Shown: piece after piece, positions 1-11,800 of the stretch
Layout of the letters: each line of letters begins with the position of its first letter
Position numbering within the stretch: the first letter of the stretch is position 1
Origin: Eledone cirrhosa
Lineage: Eukaryota
DNA: 64,000 bases
Assembly (NCBI GenBank): GCA_964016885.1
Contig: OZ024743.1
Location: forward strand, 141,484,001 to 141,548,000
Direction of reading: 5' to 3'
Notes under the pieces: generated by a model
Databases searched by the model: none
What the model was told of the DNA's origin: nothing
Seen by the model: the letters and a program-made list of their open reading frames with translations, nothing else
Made by a program: the position numbers and the translations under genes

Positions 1-1780
1 GGTGTTTGGTGCTTGGTGTTTGGTGTTTGGTGCTTGGTGCTTGGTGTTTGGTGTTTGGTGCTTGGTGCTTGGGGCTTGGTGTTTGGTGCTTCTGCTTGGG
101 GCTTGGTAGTTGGTGCTTGGTGCTTGGTGCCTGGTGTTTGGTGTTTGGTGTTTGGTGCTTGGTGTATGGTGCTTGGTGCTTGGTGCTGGGTGGTTGGTGT
201 TTGGTGCTTGGTGCTTGGTGTTTGGTGCTTGGTGCTTGGTGCTTGTTGTTTGGTGCTTGGTGCTTGGTGCTTGGTCTTTGGTGCATGGTGTTTGGTGTTT
301 CGCGCTTGGTGCTTGGTGCTTCGTGATCGGTGCTTGGTGCTTGGTGCTTGGTGTTTGGTGCTTGGTGCTTGGTGATTAGTGTTTGTTGCTTGGTGCTTGG
401 GGTTTGGTGGTTGGTGCTTGGTGCTTGGTGTTTGGTGTTTGGTGTTTGGTGTTTGCTGTTTGCTGTTTGGTGTCTGCTTTTTGGTGTTTGGTGTTTGCTG
501 TATGGTGTTTGCTGTTTCGTATTTGGTTTTTGCTGTTTGGTGTTTGGTGTTTGCTGTTTGGTGTTTGGTGTTTGGTGTTTGGTGCTTGGTGCTTGGTGTT
601 TGGCGTTTGGTGCTTGGTGCTTGGTGTTTGGTGCTTGGTGCTTGGTGTTTGGTGTTTGGTGCTTGGTGCCTGGTGCTTGTTGTATGGTGTTTGGTGCTTG
701 GTGCTTGGTGTTTGGTGTTTGCTGCTTGGTGTCTGGTGTTTGGTGCTTGGTGTTTGGTGTTTGGTGCTTGGTGTATGGTGCTTGGTGCTTGGTGCTGGGT
801 GGTTGGTGTTTGGTGTTTGGTGCTTGGTGTTGGGTGCTTGGTGTTCGGTGCTTGGTGTTTGGGGCTTCGTGTTCGGTGCTTGGTGCTTGGTGCTTGGGGC
901 TTGGTGTTTGGTGTTTGGTGCTTGGTGCTTGGTGTTTGATGTTGGGTCCTTGGTGCGTGGTGTTTGGTGTTTGGTGCTTGGTGTTTGGTGTTTGGTGCTT
1001 GGTGCTTGGTGTTTGGTGTTTGGTGCTTGGTGCTTGGGGCTTGGTGTTTGGTGCTTCTGCTTGGGGCTTGGTAGTTGGTGCTTGGTGCTTGGTGCCTGGT
1101 GTTTGGTGTTTGGTGTTTGGTGCTTGGTGTATGGTGCTTGGTGCTTGGTGCTGGGTGGTTGGTGTTTGGTGCTTGGTGCTTGGTGTTTGGTGCTTGGTGC
1201 TTGGTGCTTGTTGTTTGGTGCTTGGTGCTTGGTGCTTGGTCTTTGGTGCATGGTGTTTGGTGTTTCGCACTTGGTGCTTGGTGCTTCGTGATCGGTGCTT
1301 GGTGCTTGGTGCTTGGTGTTTGGTGCTTGGTGCTTGGTGATTAGTGTTTGTTGCTTGGTGCTTGGGGTTTGGTGGTTGGTGCTTGGTGCTTGGTGTTTGG
1401 TGTTTGGTGTTTGGTGTTTGCTGTTTGCTGTTTGGTGTCTGCTTTTTGGTGTTTGGTGTTTGCTGTATGGTGTTTGCTGTTTCGTATTTGGTTTTTGCTG
1501 TTTGGTGTTTGGTGTTTGCTGTTTGGTGTTTGGTGTTTGGTGTTTGGTGCTTGGTGCTTGGTGTTTGGCGTTTGGTGCTTGGTGCTTGGTGTTTGGTGCT
1601 TGGTGCTTGGTGTTTGGTGTTTGGTGCTTGGTGCCTGGTGCTTGTTGTATGGTGTTTGGTGCTTCGTGCTTGGTGTTTGGTGTTTGCTGCTTGGTGTCTG
1701 GTGTTTGGTGCTTGGTGTTTGGTGTTTGGTGCTTGGTGTATGGTGCTTGGTGCTTGGTGCTGTGTGGTTGGTGTTTGGTG
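1..1780 (+). repeat. 965-bp higher-order tandem duplication (138 units, one of them 6 bp), followed by a partial third copy at a further +609 bp
   Basis: Rare marker TTCTGC-TTGGGGC-TTGGTAG at 90 and 1055. Identical ORFs 110..379 and 1075..1344. ORF ends ...LVLGAS at 326, 1291 and 1900. Boundaries are approximate. Confidence 0.9.
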
Positions 1781-4700
1781 CTTGGTGCTTGGTGTTTGGT
1801 GCTTGGTGCTTGGTGCTTGTTGTTTGGTGCTTGGTGCTTGGTGCTTGGTCTTTGGTGCATGGTGTTTGGTGTTTGGCGCTTGGTGCTTGGTGCTTCGTGA
1901 TTGGTGCTTGGTGCTTGGTGCTTGGTGTTTGGTGCTTGGTGCTTGGTGATTAGTGTTTGTTGCTTGGTGCTTGGGGTTTGGTGGTTGTTGCTTGGTGCTT
2001 GGTGTTTGGTGTTTGCTGTTTGGTGTCTGCTTTTTGGTGTTTGGTGTTTGCTGTATGGTGTTTGCTGTTTCGTATTTGGTTTTTGCTGTTTGGTGTTTGG
2101 TGTTTGCTGTTTGGTGTTTGGTGTTTGGTGTTTGGTGCTTGGTGCTTGGTGTTTGGCGTTTGGTGCTTGGTGCTTGGTGTTTGGTGCTTGGTGCTTGGTG
2201 TTTGGTGTTTGGTGCTTGGTGCCTGGTGCTTGTTGTATGGTGTTTGGTGCTTGGTGCTTGGTGTTTGGTGTTTGGTGCTTGGTGCTTGGTGTTTGGTGTT
2301 TGGTGCTGGGTGCATGGCGTTTGGTGTTTGGTGCTTAGTGCTTGGTGTTTGGTGTTTGATGCTTGGTGTGTGGTGCTTGGTGCTTGGTGTTTTGTGTTTG
2401 GTGCTTGGTGCTTGGTGCCTGGTGCTTGGTGCCTGGTGCTTGGTGTTTGGTGTTTGATGCTTGGTGTTTGGTGTTTGGTGTTTGGAACTTGGTGTTCGGT
2501 GCTTGGTGCTTGGTGCTTGGTGCTTGGTGTTTGGTGTTTGGTGCTTGGGTTTTGGTGTTTGGTGCTTGGTGCTTGGTGTTTGGTGCTTGGTTCTTGGTGC
2601 TTGGTGCTTGGTGTTTGGTGATTGCTGCTTGGTGCTTGGTGTTTGGTGCTTGGTGCTTGGTGATTAGTGTTTGGTGATTGGTGCTTGGGGTTTTCTGTTT
2701 GGTGCTTGGTGTTTGGTGCTTGGTGCTTGCTGTTTGGTGTTTGGTGTTTGGTTCTTGGTGCTTGGTTTTTGGTGTTTGGTGTTTGGTGCTTGGTGCTTAG
2801 TGCTTGGTGTTTGGTGCTTGGTGCTTGGTGCTTGGTGTTTGGTGCTGCGTGCTTGGTGTTTGGTGTTTGGTGCTTGGTGCCTGGTGCTTGTTGTTTGGTG
2901 TTTGGTGCTTAGTGCATGGTGTTTGGTGTTTGGTGCTTGGTGCTTGGTGGCTGGTGCTTGGTGCTTGGTGTTTGGAGTTTGGTGCTTGGTGCTTGGTGCC
3001 TGGTGTTTCGTGCTTGGTGCTTGGTGCTTGGTGTTTGGTGTTTGGTGCTTGGTGTTTGGTGTTTGGAACTTGGTGCTTGGTGCTTGGTGCTTGGTGTTTG
3101 GTGCTTGGTGTTTGATGCTGCGTGCTTGGTGTTTGGTGTTTGGTTCTTGGTGCTTGGTGTTTGGTGTTTGGAGCTTGGTGCCTGCTGCTTGTTGTTTGGT
3201 GTTTGGTGCTTGATGTTTGGTGTTTGTTGCTTGGTGCTTGGTGCTTGGTGTTTGGTGTTTGGTGCTTGGTGCTTGGTGTTTGGAGCTTGGTGTTTGGTGT
3301 TTGGTGTTTGATGCTTGGTGTTTGCTGCTTGGTGCTTGGTGCTTGGTGTTTTGTGTTTGGTGCTTGGTGCTTGGTGCCTGGTGCTTGGTGCTTGGTGCTT
3401 GTTGTTTGGTGCTTGGTGCTTGGTGATTAGTGTTTGGTGCTTGGTGCTTGCGGTTTGATGTTTGGTGCTTGGGGTTTGGTGTTTGGTGCTTGGTGTTTGG
3501 TGCTTGGTGGTTGGTGCTTGGTGCTTGGTGTTAGGTGTTTGGTGCTTGGTGCTTGGTGTTTGATGTTTGGTCCTTGGTGCTTGGTGTTTGGTGTTTGGTG
3601 CTTGCTGCTTGCTGCTTGGTGTTTGGTGCTTGGTGATTGGTGCTTGGTGTTTTGTGCTTGGTGCTTGGTGTTTGGTGTTTGGTGCTAGGGGCTTGGTGCT
3701 TGGTGCTTGGTGTTTGGTGCTTGGTGCTTGCTGTTTGGTGTTTGGTGCTTGGTGCGTGGGACTTAGTGTTTGGTGTTTGGTGCTTGGTGTTGGGTGCTTG
3801 GTGTTTGGTGCTTGGTGTTTGGGGCTTCGTGTTCGGTGCTTGGTGCTTGGTGCTTGGGGCTTGGTGTTTGGTGTTTGGTGCTTGGTGCTTGGTGTTTGAT
3901 GTTGGGTCCTTGGTGCGTGGTGTTTGGTGTTTGGTGCTTGGTGTTTGGTGTTTGGTGCTTGGTGCTTGGTGTTTGGTGTTTGGTGCTTGGTGCTTGGGGC
4001 TTGGTGTTTGGTGCTTCTGCTTGGGGCTTGGTAGTTGGTGCTTGGTGCTTGGTGCCTGGTGTTTGGTGTTTGGTGTTTGGTGCTTGGTGTATGGTGCTTG
4101 GTGCTTGGTGCTGGGTGGTTGGTGTTTGGTGCTTGGTGCTTGGTGTTTGGTGCTTGGTGCTTGGTGCTTGTTGTTTGGTGCTTGGTGCTTGGTGCTTGGT
4201 CTTTGGTGCATGGTGTTTGGTGTTTCGCGCTTGGTGCTTGGTGCTTCGTGATCGGTGCTTGGTGCTTGGTGCTTGGTGTTTGGTGCTTGGTGCTTGGTGA
4301 TTAGTGTTTGTTGCTTGGTGCTTGGGGTTTGGTGGTTGGTGCTTGGTGCTTGGTGTTTGGTGTTTGGTGTTTGGTGTTTGCTGTTTGCTGTTTGGTGTCT
4401 GCTTTTTGGTGTTTGGTGTTTGCTGTATGGTGATTGCTGTTTCGTATTTGGTTTTTGCTGTTTGGTGTTTGGTGTTTGCTGTTTGGTGTTTGGTGTTTGG
4501 TGTTTGGTGCTTGGTGCTTGGTGTTTGGCGTTTGGTGCTTGGTGCTTGGTGTTTGGTGCTTGGTGCTTGGTGTTTGGTGTTTGGTGCTTGGTGCCTGGTG
4601 CTTGTTGTATGGTGTTTGGTGCTTGGTGCTTGGTGTTTGGTGTTTGCTGCTTGGTGTCTGGTGTTTGGTGCTTGGTGTTTGGTGTTTGGTGCTTGGTGTA

Positions 4701-6468
4701 TGGTGCTTGGTGCTTGGTGCTGGGTGGTTGGTGTTTGGTGTTTGGTGCTTGGTGTTGGGTGCTTGGTGTTCGGTGCTTGGTGTTTGGGGCTTCGTGTTCG
4801 GTGCTTGGTGCTTGGTGCTTGGGGCTTGGTGTTTGGTGTTTGGTGCTTGGTGCTTGGTGTTTGATGTTGGGTCCTTGGTGCGTGGTGTTTGGTGTTTGGT
4901 GCTTGGTGTTTGGTGTTTGGTGCTTGGTGCTTGGTGTTTGGTGTTTGGTGCTTGGTGCTTGGGGCTTGGTGTTTGGTGCTTCTGCTTGGGGCTTGGTAGT
5001 TGGTGCTTGGTGCTTGGTGCCTGGTGTTTGGTGTTTGGTGTTTGGTGCTTGGTGTATGGTGCTTGGTGCTTGGTGCTGGGTGGTTGGTGTTTGGTGCTTG
5101 GTGCTTGGTGTTTGGTGCTTGGTGCTTGGTGCTTGTTGTTTGGTGCTTGGTGCTTGGTGCTTGGTCTTTGGTGCATGGTGTTTGGTGTTTCGCGCTTGGT
5201 GCTTGGTGCTTCGTGATCGGTGCTTGGTGCTTGGTGCTTGGTGTTTGGTGCTTGGTGCTTGGTGATTAGTGTTTGTTGCTTGGTGCTTGGGGTTTGGTGG
5301 TTGGTGCTTGGTGCTTGGTGTTTGGTGTTTGGTGTTTGGTGTTTGCTGTTTGCTGTTTGGTGTCTGCTTTTTGGTGTTTGGTGTTTGCTGTATGGTGTTT
5401 GCTGTTTCGTATTTGGTTTTTGCTGTTTGGTGTTTGGTGTTTGCTGTTTGGTGTTTGGTGTTTGGTGTTTGGTGCTTGGTGCTTGGTGTTTGGCGTTTGG
5501 TGCTTGGTGCTTGGTGTTTGGTGCTTGGTGCTTGGTGTTTGGTGTTTGGTGCTTGGTGCCTGGTGCTTGTTGTATGGTGTTTGGTGCTTCGTGCTTGGTG
5601 TTTGGTGTTTGCTGCTTGGTGTCTGGTGTTTGGTGCTTGGTGTTTGGTGTTTGGTGCTTGGTGTATGGTGCTTGGTGCTTGGTGCTGTGTGGTTGGTGTT
5701 TGGTGCTTGGTGCTTGGTGTTTGGTGCTTGGTGCTTGGTGCTTGTTGTTTGGTGCTTGGTGCTTGGTGCTTGGTCTTTGGTGCATGGTGTTTGGTGTTTG
5801 GCGCTTGGTGCTTGGTGCTTCGTGATTGGTGCTTGGTGCTTGGTGCTTGGTGTTTGGTGCTTGGTGCTTGGTGATTAGTGTTTGTTGCTTGGTGCTTGGG
5901 GTTTGGTGGTTGTTGCTTGGTGCTTGGTGTTTGGTGTTTGCTGTTTGGTGTCTGCTTTTTGGTGTTTGGTGTTTGCTGTATGGTGTTTGCTGTTTCGTAT
6001 TTGGTTTTTGCTGTTTGGTGTTTGGTGTTTGCTGTTTGGTGTTTGGTGTTTGGTGTTTGGTGCTTGGTGCTTGGTGTTTGGCGTTTGGTGCTTGGTGCTT
6101 GGTGTTTGGTGCTTGGTGCTTGGTGTTTGGTGTTTGGTGCTTGGTGCCTGGTGCTTGTTGTATGGTGTTTGGTGCTTGGTGCTTGGTGTTTGGTGTTTGG
6201 TGCTTGGTGCTTGGTGTTTGGTGTTTGGTGCTGGGTGCATGGCGTTTGGTGTTTGGTGCTTAGTGCTTGGTGTTTGGTGTTTGATGCTTGGTGTGTGGTG
6301 CTTGGTGCTTGGTGTTTTGTGTTTGGTGCTTGGTGCTTGGTGCCTGGTGCTTGGTGCCTGGTGCTTGGTGTTTGGTGTTTGATGCTTGGTGTTTGGTGTT
6401 TGGTGTTTGGAACTTGGTGTTCGGTGCTTGGTGCTTGGTGCTTGGTGCTTGGTGTTTGGTGTTTGGTG
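1..6468 (+). repeat. Segmental duplication, offset 3925 bp: 1-2543 repeated at 3926-6468 (contains the 965-bp duplication)
   Basis: ORF pairs 110/4035, 330/4255, 376/4301, 1295/5220, 1901/5826 and 1950/5875 are all offset by 3925. Copies differ at 508(T)/4433(A) and 1269(A)/5194(G), and diverge at 2544/6469. Confidence 0.92.
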
Positions 6469-7064
6469 ATTGGTGCTTGGTGTTTGATGTTTGGTCCTTG
6501 GTGCTTGGTGTTTGGTGTTGTGTGCTTGGTGCTTGGTGCTTGGTGTTTGGTGCTTGGTGCTTGGTGCTTGGTGTTTGGCGTTTGCTGTTTGCTGTTTGGT
6601 GTTTGGTGTTTGCTGTTTGGTGTTTGCTGTTTGGTGTTTGGTGTTTGGTGCTTGCTGTTTGGTGCTTGGTGCTTGGTGTTTGGTGTTTGGTGCTTGGTGT
6701 TTGGTGCTTGGTGCTTGGTGCTGGGTGTTTGGTGCTTGGTGCTTGGTGTTTGGTGCTTGGTGTTTGGTGCTTGGTGTTTGGTGCTTGGTGCTTGGTGCTT
6801 GGTGCTTGGAGTTTGGTGCTTGCTGCTTGGTGCTTGGTGTTTGGTGCTTGGTGCTTGGTGATTAGTGTTTGGTGATTGGTGCTTGGGGTTTGGTGTTTGG
6901 GGCTTGGTGTTTGGTGCTTAGTGCTTGCTGTTTGGTGTTTGGTGTTTGGTTCTTGGTGCTTGGTGTTTGGTGTTTGGTGTTTGGTGCTTGGTGCTTGGTG
7001 CTTGGTGTTTGGTGCTTGGTGCTTGGTGCTTGGTGTTTGGTGCTGCGTGCTTGGTGTTTGGTGT

Positions 7065-8331
7065 TTGGTGCTTGGTGCCTGGTGCTTGTTGTTTGGTGTT
7101 TGGTGCTTAGTGCTTGGTTTTTGGTGTTTGGTGCTTGGTGCTTGGTGGCTGGTGTTTGGTGCTTGGTGTTTGGAGTTTGGTGCTTGGTGCTTGGTGCCTG
7201 GTGTTTCGTGCTTGGTGCTTGGTGCTTGGTGTTTGGTGTTTGGTGCTTGGTGTTTGGTGCTTGGTGTTTGGTGCTTGGTGCTTGGTGCTTGGTGTTAGGT
7301 GTTTGGTGCTTGGTGCTTGGTGTTTGATGTTTGGTCCTTGGTGCTTGTTGTTTGGTGTTTGGTGCTTGGTGCTTGGTGTTTGGTGTTTGGTGCTTGCTGC
7401 TTGCTGCTTGGTGTTTGGTGCTTGGTGATTGGTGCTTGGTGTTTTATGCTTGGTGCTTGGTGTTTGGTGCTAGGGGCTTGGTGCTTGATGCTTGGTGTTT
7501 GGTGCTTGGTGCTTGCTGTTTGGTGTTTGGTGCTTGGTGCGTGGGACTTAGTGTTTGGTGTTTGGTGCTTGGTGTTTGGTGCTTGGTGTTTGGTGTTTGG
7601 TACTTGGTGCTTGGTGCTTGGTGCTTGGTGTTTGGTGCTTGGTGTTTGATGCTGCGTGCTTGTTGTTTGGTGTTTGGTGCTTGGTGCTTGGTGTTTGGTG
7701 TTTGGAGCTTGGTGCCTGGTGCTTCTTGTTTGGTGTTTGGCGCTTGGTGCTTGTTGTTTGGTGTTTGGTGCTTGGTGCTTGGTGTTTGGTATCTGGTGTT
7801 TGGTGCTTGGTGTTTGGTGTTTGGTGCTTGGTGCCTGGGGCTTGTTGTTTGGTGTTTGGTGCTTAGTGCTTGGTGTTTGGTGTTTGGTGCTTGGTGCTTG
7901 GTGGCTGGTGCTTGGTGCTTGGTGTTCGGAGTTTGGTGCTTGGTGCTTGGTGCCTGGTGTTTCGTGCTTGGTGCTTGGTGCTTGGTGTTTGGTGTTTGGT
8001 GCTTGGTGTTTGGTGCTTGGTGTTTGGTGCTTGGTGCTTGGTGCTTGGTGTTAGGTGTTTGGTGATTGGTGCTTGGTGTTTGATGTTTGGTACTTGGTGC
8101 TTGTTGTTTGGTGTTTGGTGCTTGGTGCTTGGTGTTTGGTGTTTGGTGCTTGCTGCTTGCTGCTTGGTGTTTGGTGCTTGGTGATTGGTGCTTGGTGTTT
8201 TATGCTTGGTGCTTGGTGTTTGGTGCTAGGGGCTTGGTGCTTGATGCTTGGTGTTTGGTGCTTGGTGCTTGCTGTTTGGTGTTTGGTGCTTGGTGCGTGG
8301 GACTTAGTGTTTGGTGTTTGGTGCTTGGTGT
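7065..8331 (+). repeat. ~500-bp block duplicated at offset 756 bp (108 units); a further copy lies near 11950-12280
   Basis: ORF pairs 7114/7870, 7299/8055 and 7331/8087. Shared rare variants TTTATGC, TAGGGGC and GTGGGAC-TTAGTGT. Third copy at ORFs 12003/12035. Boundaries are approximate. Confidence 0.8.
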
Positions 8332-8899
8332 TTTGTGCTTGGTGTTTGGTGCTTGGTGCTTGGTGTTTGGTGTTTGGTGCTTGGTGCTTGGGACTTGGTG
8401 TTTGGTGCTTAGTGTTTGGTGCTTGGTGTTTGGTGCTTGGTGCTTGGTGCTTGGTGTTTGGTGTATGGTGTTTGGTGCTTGGTGTTTGGTGCTTGGTGCT
8501 TGGTGCTGGGTGGTTGGTGTTTGGTGTTTGGTGCTTGGTGATTGGTGCTTATTGTTTGGTGCTTGGTGCTTGGTGCTTGGTGCTTGGTCTTTGGTGCTTG
8601 GTGTTTGGTGTTTGGTGCTTGGTGCTTGGTGCTTGGTGATTAGTGTTTGGTGCTTGGTGCTTGGTGCCTGGTGCTTGGTGCTTGGTGCTTGTTGTTTGGT
8701 GCTTGGTGCTTGGTGATTAGTGTTTGGTGCTTGGTTCTTGGGGTTTGCTGTTTGGTGCTTGGGGTTTGGTGTTTGGTGCTTGGTGCTTGGTGTTTGGTGC
8801 TTGGTGCTTGGTGTTTGGTGCTTGGTGCTTTGTGTTTGGTGCTTGGTGTTTGGTGCTTGGTGCTTGGTGCTTGGTGCTTGGTGTTAGGTGTTTGGTGCT

Positions 8900-11800
8900 T
8901 GGTGATTGGTGTTTGATGTTAGGTTCTTGGTGCTTGGTGTTTGGTGTTTGGTGCTTGGTGCTTGGTGTTTGGTGTTTGGTGCTTGCTGCTTGGTGCTTGG
9001 TGTTTTGTGTTTGGAGTTTGGTGCTTGGTGTTTGGTGCTTGGTGCTTGGTGTTTGGTGTTTGGTGTTTGGTGTTTGGTGATTGGTGCTTGGTGTTTGGTG
9101 CTTGGTGCTTGGTGCTTGGTGCTTGGTGTTAGGCGTTTGGTGCTTGGTGCTTGGTGTTTGATGTTTGGTCCTTGGTGCTTGGTGTTTGGTATTTGGAGCT
9201 TGGTGCTTGGTGTTTTGTGTTTGGTGCTTGCTGCTTGCTGCTTTGTGTTTGGTGCTAGGGACTTGGTGCTTGGTGCTTGGTGTTTGGTGCTTGGTGTTTG
9301 GTTTTTGGTGCTTGGTGCGTGGGACCTGGTGTTTGGTGCTTGGTGTTTGGTGCTTGGTGTTTGGTGCTTGGTGCCTGGTGCTTGGTGTTTGGTGTTTGGT
9401 GCTTGGTGTTTGGTGCTTGGTGTTTGGTACTTGGTGTTCGGTGCTTGGTGCTTGGTGCTTGGTGCTTGGTGTTTGGTGTTTGGTGCTTGGTGCTTGGTGT
9501 TTGATGTTTGGTCCTTGGTGTTTGGTGTTTGGTGTTGTGTGCTTGGTGCTTGGTGCTTGGTGTTTGGTGCTTGGTGCTTGGTGCTTGGTGTTTGGCATTT
9601 GCTGTTTGCTGTTTGGTGTTTGGTGTTTGCTGTTTGGTGTTTGCTGTTTGGTGTTTGGTGTTTGGTGCTTGGTGCTTGGTGTTTGCTGCTTGGTGCTTGG
9701 TGCTTGGTGTTTGGTCCTTGGTGCTTGGTGCTTGGTCTTTGGTGCTTGGGTTTTGGTGTTTGGTGCTTGGTGCTTGGTGCTTGGTGCTTGGTGCTTGGTG
9801 CTTGGTGTTTGGTGCTTGCTGCTTGGTGCTTGGTGTTTGGTGCTTGGTGCTTGGTGATTAGTGTTTGGTGATTGGTGCTTCGGGTTTGGTGTTTGGGGCT
9901 TGGTGTTTGGTGCTTGGTGCTTGCTGTTTGGTGATTGGTGTTTGGTTCTTGGTGCTTGGTGTTTGGTGTTTGGTGTTTGGTGCTTGGTGCTTGGTGCTTG
10001 GTGTTTGGTGCTTGGTGCTTGGTGTTTGGTGCTGCGTGCTTGGTGTTTGGTGTTTGGTGCTTGGTGCCTGGTGCTTGTTGTTTGGTGTTTGGTGCTTAGT
10101 GCTTGGTGTTTGGTGTTTGGTGCTTGGTTCTTGGTGGCTGGTGTTTGGTGCTTGGTGTTTGGAGTTTGGTGCTTGGTGCTTGGTGCCTGGTGTTTCGTGC
10201 TTGGTGCTTGGTGCTTGGTGTTTGGTGTATGGTGCTTGGTGTTTGGTGTTTGGTACTTGGGGCTTGGTGCTTGGTGCTTGGTGTTTGGTGCTTGGTGTTT
10301 GATGCTGCGTGCTTGGTGTTTGGTGTTTGGTGCTTGGTGCTTGGTGTTTGGTGTTTGGAGCTTGGTGCCTGGTGCTTGTTGTTTGGTGTTTGGCGCTTGG
10401 TGCTTGGTGTTTGGTGTTTGGTGCTTGGTGCTTGGTGCTTGGTATCTGGTGTTTGGGGCTTGATGTTTGGTGTTTGGTGCTTGGTGTTTGGTGTTTGGTG
10501 CTTGGTGCTTGGTGTTTGGTGCTTGGTGTTTGATGCTTGGTGTTTGATGCTTGGTGTTTGCTGCTTGGTGCTTGGTGCTTGGTGTTTTGTGTTTGGTGCT
10601 TGGTGCTTGGAGCCTGGTGCTTGGTGCTTGGTGCTTGTTGTTTGGTGCTTGGTGCTTGGTGATTAGTGTTTGGTGCTTCGTGCTTGCGGTTTGGTGTTTG
10701 GTGCCTGGGGTTTGGTGTTTGGTGCTTGGTGCTTGGTGTTTGGTGCTTGGTGCTTGGTGTTTGGTGTTTGCTGTCTGGTGTTTGCTGTTTGGTGTTTGGT
10801 GTTTGGTGCTTGCTGTTTGGTGCTTGGTGCTTGGTGTTTGGTGTTTGGTGTTTGGTGCTTGGTGCTTGGTGTTTGGTGCTTGGTGCTTGGTGTTTGGTTG
10901 TTGGTGCTTGGTGCTTGGTGTTTGGTCCTTGGTGCTTGGTGCTTGGTCCTTGGTGCTTGGGTTTTGGTGTTTGGTGCTTGGTGCTTGGTGTTTGGTGCTT
11001 GGTTCTTGGTGCTTGGTGCTTGGTGTTTGGTGATTGCTGCTTGGTGCTTGGTGTTTGGTGCTTGGTGCTTGGTGATTAGTGTTTGGTGATTGGTGCTTGG
11101 GGTTTGCTGTTTGGTGCTTGGTGTTTGGTGTTTGGTGCTTGCTGTTTGGTGTTTGGTGTTTGGTTCTTGGTGCTTGGTGTTTGGTGTTTGGTGTTTGGTG
11201 CTTGGTGCTTGGTGCTTGGTGTTTGGTGCTTGGTGCTTGGTGCTTGGTGTTTGGTGCTGCGTGCTTGGTGTTTGGTGTTTGGTGCTTGGTGCCTGGTGCT
11301 TGTTGTTTGGTGTTTGGTGCTTAGTGCATGGTGTTTGGTGTTTGGTGCTTGGTGCTTGGTGGCTGGTGCTTGGTGCTTGGTGTTTGTAGTTTGGTGCTTG
11401 GTGCTTGGTGCCTGGTGTTTCGTGCTTGGTGCTTGGTGCTTGGTGTTTGGTGTTTGGTGCTTGGTGTTTGGTGTTAGGTACTTGGTGCTTGGTGCTTGGT
11501 GCTTGGTGTTTGGTGCTTGGTGTTTGATGCTGCGTGCTTGGTGTTTGGTGTTTGGTGCTTGGTGCTTGGTGTTTGGTGTTTGGAGCTTGGTGCCTGCTGC
11601 TTGTTGTTTGGTGTTTGGTGCTTGGTGCTTGGTGTTTGGTGTTTGGTGCTTGGTGCTTGATGCTTGGTATCTGGTGTTTGGTGCTTGATGTTTGGTGTTT
11701 GGTGCTTGGTGCTTGGTGCTTGGTGTTTGGTGTTTGGTGCTTGGTGCTTGGTGTTTGGTGCTTGGTGTTTGGTGTTTGGTGTTTGATGCTTGGTGTTTGC

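Noticed and set aside
369-385. CTAAT (branch-point-like) and TAAT (homeodomain-core-like) motif on the minus strand of the GGTGATTAGTGT landmark
   Set aside because: The motifs are too short to be meaningful, with no polypyrimidine tract, 3' splice site or exon context nearby.
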